Source: Candidatus Parcubacteria bacterium (GTDB lineage: Bacteria > Patescibacteriota > Patescibacteriia > PEXW01). Taken from it: 64,000 bases of DNA. Both the position numbers and the translations under genes were made by a program. A model generated the notes under the pieces. It was given only the letters and a program-made list of their open reading frames with translations. It was not told the DNA's origin and did no database searches. The stretch is taken from positions 13,459 through 77,458 of the forward strand of contig QZJU01000020.1 of the NCBI GenBank assembly GCA_003597955.1, given 5' to 3'. Shown here piece after piece: positions 10,347 to 20,205 of the stretch (position 1 is its first letter; every line of letters begins with the position of its first letter).

Positions 10347-10775
10347 TTAACTTAACTCTTCAAAGTCAATCAGATTTTCGCCCCCCTTTTCCTGAATTCT
10401 GGCAATTACTTTCTTTACGTCCAAATTTGGAAACTTTGCCTGAATTAATTCTTTGGCATAGGCCAAATCCCCAGCCTGTTTTTCGCCTTCGGCGGCTAAA
10501 CTATCAAAAGCTTTGTGGCCACCGTAAGCCCCACAATCCAGGTGGTGAATTAGCAGAACTTCCTTTATGCCGTGAAGGTTATGGGAAATATCGATCTGTT
10601 TTAAAATTATTTCCGAGCAGGCTTTATCCCCTTCCACCAGGCCTTTGGTAACGCCGGCGAGGCTGACCAAATCGTAATTATCTTTCAAACTATTGGATAC
10701 CAAAAAATCCCTTATGGCCGAATGGAAACGGAAATCAATGCAAGTAAAAACTATGGCTTGGCAGGAATGGGACAT
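10347..10775 (-). CDS. Hypothetical protein with a beta-carbonic-anhydrase-like Cys-x-Asp-x-Arg and His-x-x-Cys-Gly zinc-site pattern
   Basis: CIDFRF near the N-terminus and HHLDCGAYGG about 75 aa later. 142 aa. The assignment is tentative. Confidence 0.35.
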   Translation of the reverse strand: MSHSCQAIVFTCIDFRFHSAIRDFLVSNSLKDNYDLVSLAGVTKGLVEGDKACSEIILKQIDISHNLHGIKEVLLIHHLDCGAYGGHKAFDSLAAEGEKQAGDLAYAKELIQAKFPNLDVKKVIARIQEKGGENLIDFEELS

Positions 10776-10868
10776 ATTTTTTTCGGTTTAAAGTTAAGGA
10801 TTTAAAAATATCAAAAGTTTTATAAAAAGAAAAGCCGCTAGTCCTTTTAACTAACGGCCAAATTTTAT

Positions 10869-10970
10869 CCCGCACCACTTTCCAGCAAAACGTTGTTATA
10901 CACTTTAAGATATTCATCCGGGCAAATATCTTCAAAATTAATTCGAGATTTAAGTGAAAAGTGGTGCGGG
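10869..10970. repeat. MITE-like palindromic element A (102 bp) with 15-18 bp terminal inverted repeats cccgcaccactttccagc / gaaaagtggtgcggg
   Basis: Perfect inverted termini. It shares its terminal sequence with elements B and C but has a different interior. It lies 4 nt downstream of the stop of the 10974..11516 gene. Confidence 0.7.
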
Positions 10971-10973
10971 ATT

Positions 10974-11516
10974 TCATGGTGAAAGATTGTAGACTTCCTC
11001 CGGGGTTTTGGCGCGGATGAAATAGGTCCGCATTTTTATCTGGTAGTCAACGTGCAAAAGCGGCACAATCCGCTTTCGATCCCAGCCGGTTTTTTCGGCG
11101 ATCAACCTAGCTGTCGTAACCGCGTTGGCCACGACTTGAAAAATATCCATGTGAACTTCGCTGGCCATGCCGCACGGCCAATGAGCCAACAGAAAAATCG
11201 TCGGGATCTTTTTTAGGCCGCGAGTTTTTACCAAACCCGAAAGCAATTGTTCATGGGCCCGAAATTCCCGCGGGATCGGGATCTCCGGGTTCAAACGCAA
11301 GGGTCCGCCATTGTAGGCTTTAAGATGTATTCGAGGGTTTGGTAATTGCCGCCTGACAAAATCAAACATATCACTGGAGCGGTCACAATCACCGCACATA
11401 ACTAAAATTGTTCCGTTGTAAGCCGCCGCCTGAAGCTTGTCTGCTTTCACATTGGCAATGACGCCAGCAGTTTGCCACCAACTAATCGTTGACTTCTCAT
11501 TGTCGGAAATAACCAC
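10974..11516 (-). CDS. Hypothetical protein, second beta-carbonic-anhydrase-like paralog
   Basis: CGDCDRSSDMFDFVRR and LAHWPCGMAS motifs. 180 aa. Flanked by repeat elements A and B. Confidence 0.35.
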   Translation of the reverse strand: MVISDNEKSTISWWQTAGVIANVKADKLQAAAYNGTILVMCGDCDRSSDMFDFVRRQLPNPRIHLKAYNGGPLRLNPEIPIPREFRAHEQLLSGLVKTRGLKKIPTIFLLAHWPCGMASEVHMDIFQVVANAVTTARLIAEKTGWDRKRIVPLLHVDYQIKMRTYFIRAKTPEEVYNLSP

Positions 11517-11597
11517 GCTTTCCTCCGTGAAAAAATGATTTTTAAAAAACGATGTTGATTTTGAAAAACCAGTTTATCAGAAATCCAAAAAAAGTCA

Positions 11598-11702
11598 ACC
11601 CCGAACCACTTTCCAAATAAAACCTTAAGTTTAGTGTAAGGTTATTTGCCTAATGAACATCTTGGTACTAAGTGTTGGCGTTTTGCTGGAAAGTGGTGCG
11701 GG
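11598..11702. repeat. MITE-like element B (105 bp), homologous to element C, TIR ccccgaaccactttccaa / ctggaaagtggtgcgggg
   Basis: About 85% identical to the element at 22292..22396 over its full length (read by eye). It has inverted termini. Confidence 0.75.
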
Positions 11703-11740
11703 GTCAAGGCCAACTAAATCTGACTTGAAAATTCTTTGAC

Positions 11741-12925
11741 TTAATCCCTGAATAAAATCCCCTCTTTGGAATAAATCTTGCTGGCGGCGATTACAGCGAT
11801 GACGGCGTAAATAATCAGCGAGCCAAAAGTTATGAATATGTGAGCAGAATCAAAAGTTTTTATCAGGACTTCTTTCATGACAAAAACTGCATTGACGCCC
11901 GGGATGAAAAACATGCCCAGGCTTGGCTTCAAGCCGGGAAGCTGGGCGAAAATCGCCACCGGTAGTATAGCCAGCAAATAAAAAGGCGTGATGTAATTCT
12001 GCGCTTCTTTGTAGCTTTTGGCGAAAATCGCCACGGATAAAAGCAGGCCCGAGAACATAATGGCCATAATTACCCCAACCAAAAGCATTATGCCAATCGC
12101 GCCCAAAGTTAAATTAATTTCCACGACTTCGGTGCCGAATTTGGGCGGGAAAAACTTAAAAGCGAAATACAGGGAAAACATCGAAAGGATAATGCTGGCA
12201 CTGGCTGTCGCGGCCACGGCGGCAAATTTTCCGGCCACCAATTGTAATCTTGACGCCGGGCTTAACAACAGCGCTTCCAAAGTTTTCCTTTCTTTTTCTC
12301 CGGCGGAAACATCAATAGCGATGTACATTCCGCCGGCAATGGCGAATACCACGATGAACATCGGCAAAAGCAAGCCGATGAAAAATCCACCTCGTTCTTG
12401 AGCTGTGGCAATGTCTACGCTAACGGGCTTGAGTGCGCTCAGGGTTTCTGTAGCCAGGCCTTTTTGGCTTAATCTTATTCTGGCTTGTTCTTGATTAAAA
12501 GCTTGCAATAAATTTATGACTTTTGAATAAGCCGTGCTGGAATCCACATTTGAACTTTTTTGCACGACTCTGACTTCTGTCGGCTTTTGTGTTTTTAAAT
12601 TGGCTTCAAAGTCCGTTTCAACATTCAAATACACATTTATCGTTCCGGCTTCAATGCCCTGATCGAAATTCTCAACCTGCTTAAGCTCAACTTGCTTTTG
12701 CTTATTTAGAAAATCCAATAACGTCGGCGCGGACTGCTGATTTTCCACGGCCAAAAGCACGGGTTTTTCCGCAGCCTTGGTAATTTGCGCCTCCTGAAAT
12801 TTCACGCTGCCGATCATAATGGCCGGCATCAATACGATTGGCATGACCACGGCCGTCAGCAAAGTCCGCCGGTCGCGTAGGCTGTCTAAAATTTCTTTTT
12901 TGAAAACCGTAAAAACTTTATTCAT
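11741..12925 (-). CDS. ABC-2 family transporter permease (NatB-like)
   Basis: 394 aa. An N-terminal TM and periplasmic loop are followed by six C-terminal TM helices. It overlaps the ATPase gene. Confidence 0.7.
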   Translation of the reverse strand: MNKVFTVFKKEILDSLRDRRTLLTAVVMPIVLMPAIMIGSVKFQEAQITKAAEKPVLLAVENQQSAPTLLDFLNKQKQVELKQVENFDQGIEAGTINVYLNVETDFEANLKTQKPTEVRVVQKSSNVDSSTAYSKVINLLQAFNQEQARIRLSQKGLATETLSALKPVSVDIATAQERGGFFIGLLLPMFIVVFAIAGGMYIAIDVSAGEKERKTLEALLLSPASRLQLVAGKFAAVAATASASIILSMFSLYFAFKFFPPKFGTEVVEINLTLGAIGIMLLVGVIMAIMFSGLLLSVAIFAKSYKEAQNYITPFYLLAILPVAIFAQLPGLKPSLGMFFIPGVNAVFVMKEVLIKTFDSAHIFITFGSLIIYAVIAVIAASKIYSKEGILFRD

Positions 12926-13719
12926 AAACCAAAGCGTTTATGCTTTTTTGAAAGCCAACGCAATTCAAATGCTTCTTTGGCTTTTAAGGCAGACTTAGCC
13001 GCGTCCGCGCCGAGGATTTTCAAGAATGCGTCTTCTAAATTATCCGCCTGGGTTTGCTGATAAATCTTGGCTTGCGAATCAACCGCGATTATCTTGCCTT
13101 GGTGCATTATGGCCACGCGGTCGCAAAGTTTCTGTGCGTGCGCCATATCGTGCGTGGATAAAACCACTAATTTGCCTTCTTTTCTGGCGGTCTGCATATA
13201 ATCAATGACGGTTTGCGAGGCTAAAACGTCCAAGCCCGCCGTAGGCTCGTCAAAAATAATGACCTTAGGATCATGGATAATTGAACGGGCAATCGCCACT
13301 TTTTGCTTCATCCCCGTAGAGAATTTACCCGCGCGCCGGTCGGCAAACTTTTGCATATCTAAAATTTCAACCAGATAATCTATGCGGTCTTCCAAAGCCT
13401 GGCCGGCCAAACCGTACAAATTTCCGAAGTACCGCAAATTCTCCCGGGCCGTAAAACGGTCATAAAGGCCGATCTCCGAAGTCAACAAGCCCAGATTTTG
13501 CCTGACTTTCTCTGGCGCTTTTAAAATGTCAAAACTCGCGACTTCAGCCGTGCCACTGGTCGGCGTCAGAACCGTGGCAATAACCCGAATGGTGGTGGTT
13601 TTGCCCGCGCCGTTCGGCCCCAAAAGCCCGAAAATTTCACCGCCATTGGCTTGAAAAGAAACCTCCTTAACCGCGGCAAAACCATTAAAAAATTTCGACA
13701 ATTGCTTAACTCTAAGCAT
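12922..13719 (-). CDS. ABC transporter ATP-binding protein (NatA-like)
   Basis: [27 protein letters not shown] and [11 protein letters not shown] are present. Confidence 0.9.
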   Translation of the reverse strand: MLRVKQLSKFFNGFAAVKEVSFQANGGEIFGLLGPNGAGKTTTIRVIATVLTPTSGTAEVASFDILKAPEKVRQNLGLLTSEIGLYDRFTARENLRYFGNLYGLAGQALEDRIDYLVEILDMQKFADRRAGKFSTGMKQKVAIARSIIHDPKVIIFDEPTAGLDVLASQTVIDYMQTARKEGKLVVLSTHDMAHAQKLCDRVAIMHQGKIIAVDSQAKIYQQTQADNLEDAFLKILGADAAKSALKAKEAFELRWLSKKHKRFGL

Positions 13720-13768
13720 GCCGTAAGTTTATCAATTATTTTAGGCTAATCAAACTGACTAAATTAAC

Positions 13769-15091
13769 TTAATTGGCTAACAAATCCGTTACCGCTGCCG
13801 GAGGCGTGGTGTCGCCGGTCGGGGGCAGGTTTTCGGGCGCGCCAGGCGAAACGCTGATTCTTTGAGACATTATCGTAAACGGACTGGCGCAATTTACGCT
13901 GGCCGTCCAAACCATTGGAATAAAATCCGCCTGGGCATTAACCACGGCCGGGCCTTGGGGGAAGCGGTTACAAATGCCGTCCGAAGTCAGTGCGATGCGG
14001 TCGCTCCAGGCTTGGGTGTCTTTATTCCATTTTCGGTAATAAATGTTGTTGTTATTTCCGGTTGAGCTCTCTTGCCTGACATAAAACAAATACAAATCAT
14101 TGCCGTGCTTGGATAGCGAAGCGTGCCAGTCCAAAGGATCATAAGGTAAAACTTCGATGTCGGCGTGCTGCCATGTGCCTTGGCCATTATTGTAAGTTTT
14201 CCAGGCGTGACGCAGTTTAGTGCGGTTGTTATAAACCAAATGCAATTCGCCGTTGACATAGGTCATGCTGAATTCTCTTTCGGCGCCAGTGGCTTCATTG
14301 CTGACAGCGATTGAATCGTCATTGGGCACAAAAGCCGAACCGTTCCAAATAAAATAGCGGTAATCCAAATTTTGGCCGGGAGTCGCGGAAATGTAATGAA
14401 TAACCACGGCTGGCTGGTTACCGATCATGAATGAACCGACGCGGACATCTTCAATATTCAACTGGGCAACCCAGCCTTCCTGATCAAACGACGCCCCGCC
14501 ATTCGTGGAGCGAAAATAGCGAACATTGCCGACCGGACTGTTGCTGGTGCGGTAAAAAATCCAGATATTGTTGCTATCTTGCGCCAAGATGTTAGAACGC
14601 GTCCAGATATTTGCAGGAATGAACGAGGAAGTCAAAGTAATCGGGCTGTTTAAATCCGTCGCGGTTTCGCCGGGCGCCCGGATTTTCCTAAACCAGACAA
14701 TGCCTGCGCTGGGACCGGGATCAGTCAAATATAAATTATCTTGGCTGTCACCAGAAATGGAAGCGTGAAAATCCATATAACCTTTTACTGTCAGAGCGTC
14801 AGGCTCGGTGGCGTTCCAGGTCAAACCGCCATCATTAGACTTTTTAAAATCATTGTACCGGCTGTTAGGAAAAGCCAGCCAAAGATCATTCGGATCGTTT
14901 TGTGACATAAACAGTCGGTAGCGCGGTATGGTTAAGGTACAGCTGTAATTTGAACAAGTACTGACCTGCACGGGCGCGCTGACCGCGTCCCAAACAAAAA
15001 CCCCATACAAAAAGAATAAGCCCCCAACTAAAGCTGCTAAGCTTGAGATTTTAGAGACTAATAAAAAATAATTTTTTGTTTTAATTTTCAT
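13769..15091 (-). CDS. Secreted/membrane-anchored BNR (Asp-box) repeat beta-propeller protein, sialidase-like fold
   Basis: N-terminal TM and Asp-box motifs SNDGGLTW and STNGGASF. 440 aa. Confidence 0.5.
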   Translation of the reverse strand: MKIKTKNYFLLVSKISSLAALVGGLFFLYGVFVWDAVSAPVQVSTCSNYSCTLTIPRYRLFMSQNDPNDLWLAFPNSRYNDFKKSNDGGLTWNATEPDALTVKGYMDFHASISGDSQDNLYLTDPGPSAGIVWFRKIRAPGETATDLNSPITLTSSFIPANIWTRSNILAQDSNNIWIFYRTSNSPVGNVRYFRSTNGGASFDQEGWVAQLNIEDVRVGSFMIGNQPAVVIHYISATPGQNLDYRYFIWNGSAFVPNDDSIAVSNEATGAEREFSMTYVNGELHLVYNNRTKLRHAWKTYNNGQGTWQHADIEVLPYDPLDWHASLSKHGNDLYLFYVRQESSTGNNNNIYYRKWNKDTQAWSDRIALTSDGICNRFPQGPAVVNAQADFIPMVWTASVNCASPFTIMSQRISVSPGAPENLPPTGDTTPPAAVTDLLAN

Positions 15092-15178
15092 ACTTATTAT
15101 TATTTTAACACAAAATCACAAAAAAATCAAATCTAAAAAGCTTTTTTCAAGAGTTTTTAGATTTGATTTTTAATTTGC

Positions 15179-16282
15179 TTAAACATCTTCTTTTGGTTTT
15201 TCCAGCTCCAATGGCTCAATTTTTCCGCCCACTTCGGCGATTTTCAAAACATCTTTGTCGACTTTTTTAAATTCCTTGTAGGCCGTGTTGTATGTATTCA
15301 CCGTCGTGCCCAAATGGTTGCCCAATTTCTGCATATAAGCATCGTAATTTCCAATATGCTTGCCTAGCAATTCCACATTTTTCCGGATTTCCTTGGCTGA
15401 TTCTTCAATCTGCATGGCGCGCAAGCCTTCCAGCACGGTTTGTAAATAAGCCAGGAATGAAGTTGGCGAAACGATTATCACATGGTACTTAGAAGCGGCG
15501 CGCTGGATCAAATTCTCCGTATCATCGGTAATCGCCCCGATTTTATTGACCAGTAAATCATAATAAATTGCTTCGGAGGGGATGAACATAAACGCGAAAT
15601 CCATGGTGTCTTCGTTCGGCCGGATGTATTTGGCAGTTTCCTGAATCCGCATTTTTAGATCATTAACAAAAGCTTTCTCTAAAACTTTTCGCTCGCTCTC
15701 CACGCGCGTGGCCGCCAAGCGATTATAATTCTCCAAACTGAACTTAGAATCGACCGGCACCAACTTGCCTTTGATTTTCACCACCGCATCGACTATCTCC
15801 CCGTCTTTGAACTTATATTGCATTTGGTAGGAATTTGGGGGCAAGACATTTTTTAGGACCGTATCCAAAAAATATTCGCCTAAAATACCCCTTTGTTTGG
15901 GGTTTGTCAAAATATCCTGCAAGTTTCTTAGCTGATCGGAAAAATTCAAAACCTGCTTGTTTGTTTCATCCAGCCGGGTCAGGCGCTCGGTCACATCTTT
16001 GACAATCTTAGTCGAATGGCCGAATTGCTCTTGCATGGCCCGAGTGGATTCGCCTAATTTGGAATCCATCACCCGGGTCATTTCCGTATTTTTTTCGTTT
16101 AACTGAGCCAGTCTTTCTTCCAAACGAATCAGTTTTTCGTTACTGCCGCTATCGGTACCGCCGCGGCTTTGACGGAAAATAATAATCCCGATTCCGGTCA
16201 AGACTAAAACTATTAAAACAATCAATAGGATTTCCATAAGCTCCATTTTAAGCCAAAAACCAAGTTTCGTCCAAACCCGCAT
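15179..16282 (-). CDS. rmuC: DNA recombination protein RmuC
   Basis: N-terminal TM, a coiled-coil region and a conserved RmuC C-terminal domain (GILGEYFL...VDSKF...FMFIPSEAIYY). The true start may be an internal Met (MELMEILLI). Confidence 0.72.
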   Translation of the reverse strand: MRVWTKLGFWLKMELMEILLIVLIVLVLTGIGIIIFRQSRGGTDSGSNEKLIRLEERLAQLNEKNTEMTRVMDSKLGESTRAMQEQFGHSTKIVKDVTERLTRLDETNKQVLNFSDQLRNLQDILTNPKQRGILGEYFLDTVLKNVLPPNSYQMQYKFKDGEIVDAVVKIKGKLVPVDSKFSLENYNRLAATRVESERKVLEKAFVNDLKMRIQETAKYIRPNEDTMDFAFMFIPSEAIYYDLLVNKIGAITDDTENLIQRAASKYHVIIVSPTSFLAYLQTVLEGLRAMQIEESAKEIRKNVELLGKHIGNYDAYMQKLGNHLGTTVNTYNTAYKEFKKVDKDVLKIAEVGGKIEPLELEKPKEDV

Positions 16283-16442
16283 TATTTTTTAATAATGACC
16301 ACAACGATACTGATTCCCACAACCAAAACTAACCCTCTTTTTGAAAGTGACGGGGACAAGCTTGATTTTTTTTGGTAAGGGTGTTAATTTGGTTTTACCC
16401 TAAAAATCAATATAAAACCCGTCTTAAACCATGGAGGTTTGA

Positions 16443-16640
16443 ATGCCTGGTCAAAGTGCTTCTGGTTCAAAAACCCTCACCGACCAAAAACCACAAGACC
16501 ATCCCGAGAAGGAGCTCAACCTTGGCCCGCCAAAAAAAGGACGCGGGAAAAAAACTTCTGAAAGACGCAAACAAACCCGGGCTTGGACCACGGGCGGCGG
16601 CACTAAAATTACCCGCCACAGCGGCAATGGCCACCGGTAA
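16443..16640 (+). CDS. Small basic hypothetical protein (65 aa)
   Basis: A GGAGG RBS lies 7 nt upstream of the ATG. The protein is Lys/Arg-rich. The overlapping 94-aa ORF lacks an RBS. Confidence 0.25.
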   Translation: MPGQSASGSKTLTDQKPQDHPEKELNLGPPKKGRGKKTSERRKQTRAWTTGGGTKITRHSGNGHR

Positions 16641-16700
16641 AACCAAATTTTTTTGAACCTTTATTCATCCGCCTGCTTCTTTGGAATAAGCGGGCGCTTT

Positions 16701-17516
16701 TTATTTTGGTTCTGGATGTGACTTAAATGCTTTGACAAAATTATTATGGCACTCAACGCTTAGCTTAAAAAATTTCTCAACTTCAGTCTCATTAAAAGCC
16801 AAGCGATGGTAAGAAAAAAACCCATATTTGTTTTGTTTAAAAATCAACGAATTATACTGGAAATCATTAAACAAACAAATTAATTTTGGATCAAAAATTT
16901 CAGTTAGCATTTTACGCTCACTGCCATTTAGCCTGAATCTTTTATTGAAATATCTCGATTCTAGATCATGATCAAATTTTGATTCAAAGGCTCCTTCAGA
17001 TTCAAGCGAAAACCAATGCCGGGTTGGTTCGACTGGAAAGTGACAAAAAATTACCCCCCTTACCTTGCCGGTTTTATGATTCGAAAAATAGATGGGCAAG
17101 AAAAACACCTTGACTGGCCCCATGGCCGTCAAACCGCTTGCGATCCACGCAAACCTTATTGGCGCGCGATAGTCATCAGAATCGCTGTAGTAATAGATAA
17201 AGGTAGAAGAAAAATCTGGTTGTAAAAGTAAAGTTGATAATGATATCCAATAAATTATTCTGGGTCTTGGCTGAAAATCAACTCTTGGCGAAGATAAATT
17301 TTTAGAAAAATCATTCTTTCCTTTGGGAGTAAATAATTCAAATCTTTCAATGTTTAAATCATTTCTTTTCGCAAAATATAAAACCTGCTGATTTAAAGGC
17401 TCAAACCTCTCAATATAAATTTCAATTTGTTTTTTTCGTTCTTTTTCATAAAATTTAACGCCAAACCAAATTGCTACTGAGCCGATTAATAAAATAATCA
17501 AAACAAAAATAATCAT
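16701..17516 (-). CDS. Hypothetical membrane-anchored protein
   Basis: 271 aa with an N-terminal TM. No recognisable domain. Its stop overlaps the start of tatD. Confidence 0.4.
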   Translation of the reverse strand: MIIFVLIILLIGSVAIWFGVKFYEKERKKQIEIYIERFEPLNQQVLYFAKRNDLNIERFELFTPKGKNDFSKNLSSPRVDFQPRPRIIYWISLSTLLLQPDFSSTFIYYYSDSDDYRAPIRFAWIASGLTAMGPVKVFFLPIYFSNHKTGKVRGVIFCHFPVEPTRHWFSLESEGAFESKFDHDLESRYFNKRFRLNGSERKMLTEIFDPKLICLFNDFQYNSLIFKQNKYGFFSYHRLAFNETEVEKFFKLSVECHNNFVKAFKSHPEPK

Positions 17517-18355
17517 ATTGTTAATTTAAAAAGTTTAACGGCGTTCTCCGTCGTCTGTCTTTCCACTTCCTCGTAAGACAAATCCTTAATTATTGCAATC
17601 CGCTCCGCCACATACTTAACATTTATAGGCTCATTTCGCTGGCCCCTGACCGCCTGGGGCGCCAAATACGGGGCATCAGTCTCCACCATTAATTTATCCA
17701 AAGGGACGGATTTCACGACTTCAGCCAAGCTTTTGGTATTGGGAAAAGTTATAATGCCGGTAAAAGAAATGAAAAAACCCGCCTCTAGAAATTTTTTGGC
17801 GACTCCCAAACTGGCACTGAAACAATGGACCACTCCCCGGTTAAAATTTTCGTGTTTTAAAATTTCCAGCATCTCCAAGTAAGCGCGATCGGGTTCGGCT
17901 CTGGTCGAGCGGCAATGTAAAATTATTGGCAAATTTAATTTTTTTGCTAGGGTAATATGCTCCTCAAAAACTTCTTTCTGTTTTTTTATAAAGTCAAGCT
18001 CGGAAACGCTGGCAGGTAAATGAAAATAATCCAGGCCGCACTCCCCGATAGCCACCACGCCTTTTTCTTTGGCTAAGGCTTCGTACTTTGCGGCCGCAAA
18101 ATCCTCAGCCCGGCTTTTAAACGGAATCTCCACTTCGTCCACAAAAGTTTCGTGCAAATGAATGGGGTGTAAGCCTATGGCCGCGAACATTTGCCCAGGA
18201 TATGCCTGGGCGATTTTAACCGCCCTAAGGCTGGTGGAAAATTGCGAGCCGACATTAATTACCTTCATGCTTTCAGCCAAAGTCCGCTTAATAACCGGCT
18301 CAAGGTCGTCTTTATAAGCGTTAAAATTTAGGTGGGCATGGGTGTCTATCAACAT
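17513..18355 (-). CDS. tatD: TatD family metal-dependent DNase/hydrolase
   Basis: IDTHAHL N-terminus, GECGLDY, and the HCRS and HCFS histidine motifs. Confidence 0.9.
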   Translation of the reverse strand: MLIDTHAHLNFNAYKDDLEPVIKRTLAESMKVINVGSQFSTSLRAVKIAQAYPGQMFAAIGLHPIHLHETFVDEVEIPFKSRAEDFAAAKYEALAKEKGVVAIGECGLDYFHLPASVSELDFIKKQKEVFEEHITLAKKLNLPIILHCRSTRAEPDRAYLEMLEILKHENFNRGVVHCFSASLGVAKKFLEAGFFISFTGIITFPNTKSLAEVVKSVPLDKLMVETDAPYLAPQAVRGQRNEPINVKYVAERIAIIKDLSYEEVERQTTENAVKLFKLTI

Positions 18356-18417
18356 AAAATTTTTGGATTTGGCCTTATGCTGTTATAATACACTTAATTA
18401 ACTCGGCTTCCAAAATT

Positions 18418-18900
18418 ATGGCAAACAAGAAATTGCGCATTGGTTGGTTCACCTTCTCCTGCTGCGAAGACAGCACGATTATTTTTACGGAACTGCTGAA
18501 CGACCATTGGCAGGAATGGAAAAAACTCTTGGACATCCGCCACGCACGGGTTTTGCAGGACAAAAATGTTCTGGACGAGCTGGATGTGGCTTTCATTGAG
18601 GGCGCTTTAAATTCCCAAAAACAAGTGGACATGGCCAAGGAAATCCGTTCTAATGCCAAAAAGGTGGTGGCGATCGGCGCTTGTGCCTGCACCGGCCTGC
18701 CTTCGGTCCAAAGGAACACTTTTCCAGAAAAGGAAGCCAAAGAAATCAAACCCTTAGTGAAAAAATTCAATTTCCTGCCCAAAGGCCTGAAATTAGCCGA
18801 GGCGATCAAGGTTGATGTGAATGTCCCGGGCTGTCCCATGGACGAAAAAGTCTTTTTAAACGCCTTGGATAGTCTTCTGAAAGAATTCAAAATAATTTAA
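18418..18900 (+). CDS. [NiFe] hydrogenase small subunit (minimal, NuoB-like, proximal cluster only)
   Basis: FSCCEDS ... GACACTG ... GCP cysteine motifs. It is only 160 aa and sits immediately upstream of the large subunit. Confidence 0.72.
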   Translation: MANKKLRIGWFTFSCCEDSTIIFTELLNDHWQEWKKLLDIRHARVLQDKNVLDELDVAFIEGALNSQKQVDMAKEIRSNAKKVVAIGACACTGLPSVQRNTFPEKEAKEIKPLVKKFNFLPKGLKLAEAIKVDVNVPGCPMDEKVFLNALDSLLKEFKII

Positions 18901-18903
18901 TTT

Positions 18904-20205
18904 ATGCATACCGTTGATTTATCCCTAACCAAAGAAATCACTAAAGTCGAAGGCTCAGCCACCCTGGACGTAAAAATCAAGGGCGGGCAAGTGGAATATT
19001 GCCGATTTGGCATTACCGAATACAAGCGTTTTTACACCCAAGCTATGCGCGGTAAGCCTTATCGCGGTTTGCCTGCCTTGTTGGCGCGAATTTGCGGCAC
19101 CTGCTCAAATGCCCACCTACTCTGCAGTATTGAGGCTTGCGAGCACGCTTTAAGCGTCCAGCCCAGTAAACAGACGCAAATTCTGAAACACTTAACCATG
19201 TATGGCCTGAATCTTCGCGACCATGCTTTGCACCTATACCTTTTCGCTTTGCCAGACATGTACGGAAAAGATTCTTTTCTTTCTTTTGACGAAAATGATT
19301 CGGAGCAACATCAAATTTTACACGACGCTTTTGATATTAAAGCGGCTGGCAATTATCTTTCCATTATCGTTGCCGGACGGAGCGTGCACGCGGTGAATCC
19401 CAGCATCGGCGGTTTTTTAAAAGTTCCCTCCGAGTCCGAAGTTCAAGAAGCTATCCACAAACTCGAGCATGTTAGACCGGCTATCTTGCGCACTGTGGAA
19501 AGGTTTGAAAGGTCCGAGTTTAAGTTTGACCGCAAAACCCACTTTATGGCCTTGATAAACAATCCCTTTTCTTTTCTCGATGGCGAAATTGCCAGTGACT
19601 TGACCCCTGAACGCATCCCGGAAACAGATTTTCGGAACCATTTGGAGCGCGTCGTTATACCCTATTCCCAAGCTTCAGGCTATGAATTTAAAGCGGAAAC
19701 TTACATGGTCGGCGCTTTAGCCAGAATCAATTTAGCCAAAGACTCCTTGCACCCCAAAACCAAAGCTGCTTTGGAATCAACTTTAAGAAAATTCCCATCA
19801 ACCAACATCTTCCATAACAATCTCGCCCAAGCCGTTGAATTGCTCCATTGTGTTGACCAATCTTTGGACTATCTACAAAATACTAAGTTCACCAAAGAGC
19901 CTTTGGCTTTACCCCGGCGCAAGTCGGGCGTGGGCGTCGGTGTGATTGAGGCGCCGCGCGGGACTTTGTACCACAAAGTAGAAATTGGCGAAAACGGGCT
20001 GGTTATCAAGGGTGAAATTGTGGTACCGACCGGCCAAAACCAGATAAATATCGAGCAGGATATGGCCAGGCGCTTGCAAGAAATGCTGCCCGCCGATCCA
20101 GACAAAGAAGCCATCCAGCTGGAATTGGAAAAAATCATCCGGGCTTATGACCCGTGCATGAGTTGCGCTTCGCATTTCCTGAAAATCAAATTGCAGACAG
20201 CTTAA
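18904..20205 (+). CDS. [NiFe] hydrogenase large subunit (group 3-like)
   Basis: N-terminal RICGTCSNAH (L1) and C-terminal DPCMSCASH (L2) Ni-Fe ligand motifs. Confidence 0.9.
   Translation: MHTVDLSLTKEITKVEGSATLDVKIKGGQVEYCRFGITEYKRFYTQAMRGKPYRGLPALLARICGTCSNAHLLCSIEACEHALSVQPSKQTQILKHLTMYGLNLRDHALHLYLFALPDMYGKDSFLSFDENDSEQHQILHDAFDIKAAGNYLSIIVAGRSVHAVNPSIGGFLKVPSESEVQEAIHKLEHVRPAILRTVERFERSEFKFDRKTHFMALINNPFSFLDGEIASDLTPERIPETDFRNHLERVVIPYSQASGYEFKAETYMVGALARINLAKDSLHPKTKAALESTLRKFPSTNIFHNNLAQAVELLHCVDQSLDYLQNTKFTKEPLALPRRKSGVGVGVIEAPRGTLYHKVEIGENGLVIKGEIVVPTGQNQINIEQDMARRLQEMLPADPDKEAIQLELEKIIRAYDPCMSCASHFLKIKLQTA

Noticed and set aside
18375-18890. 171-aa minus-strand ORF antisense to the hydrogenase small subunit
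   Set aside because: It fully overlaps a gene with conserved Cys motifs on the other strand and has no motifs of its own. Likely spurious.
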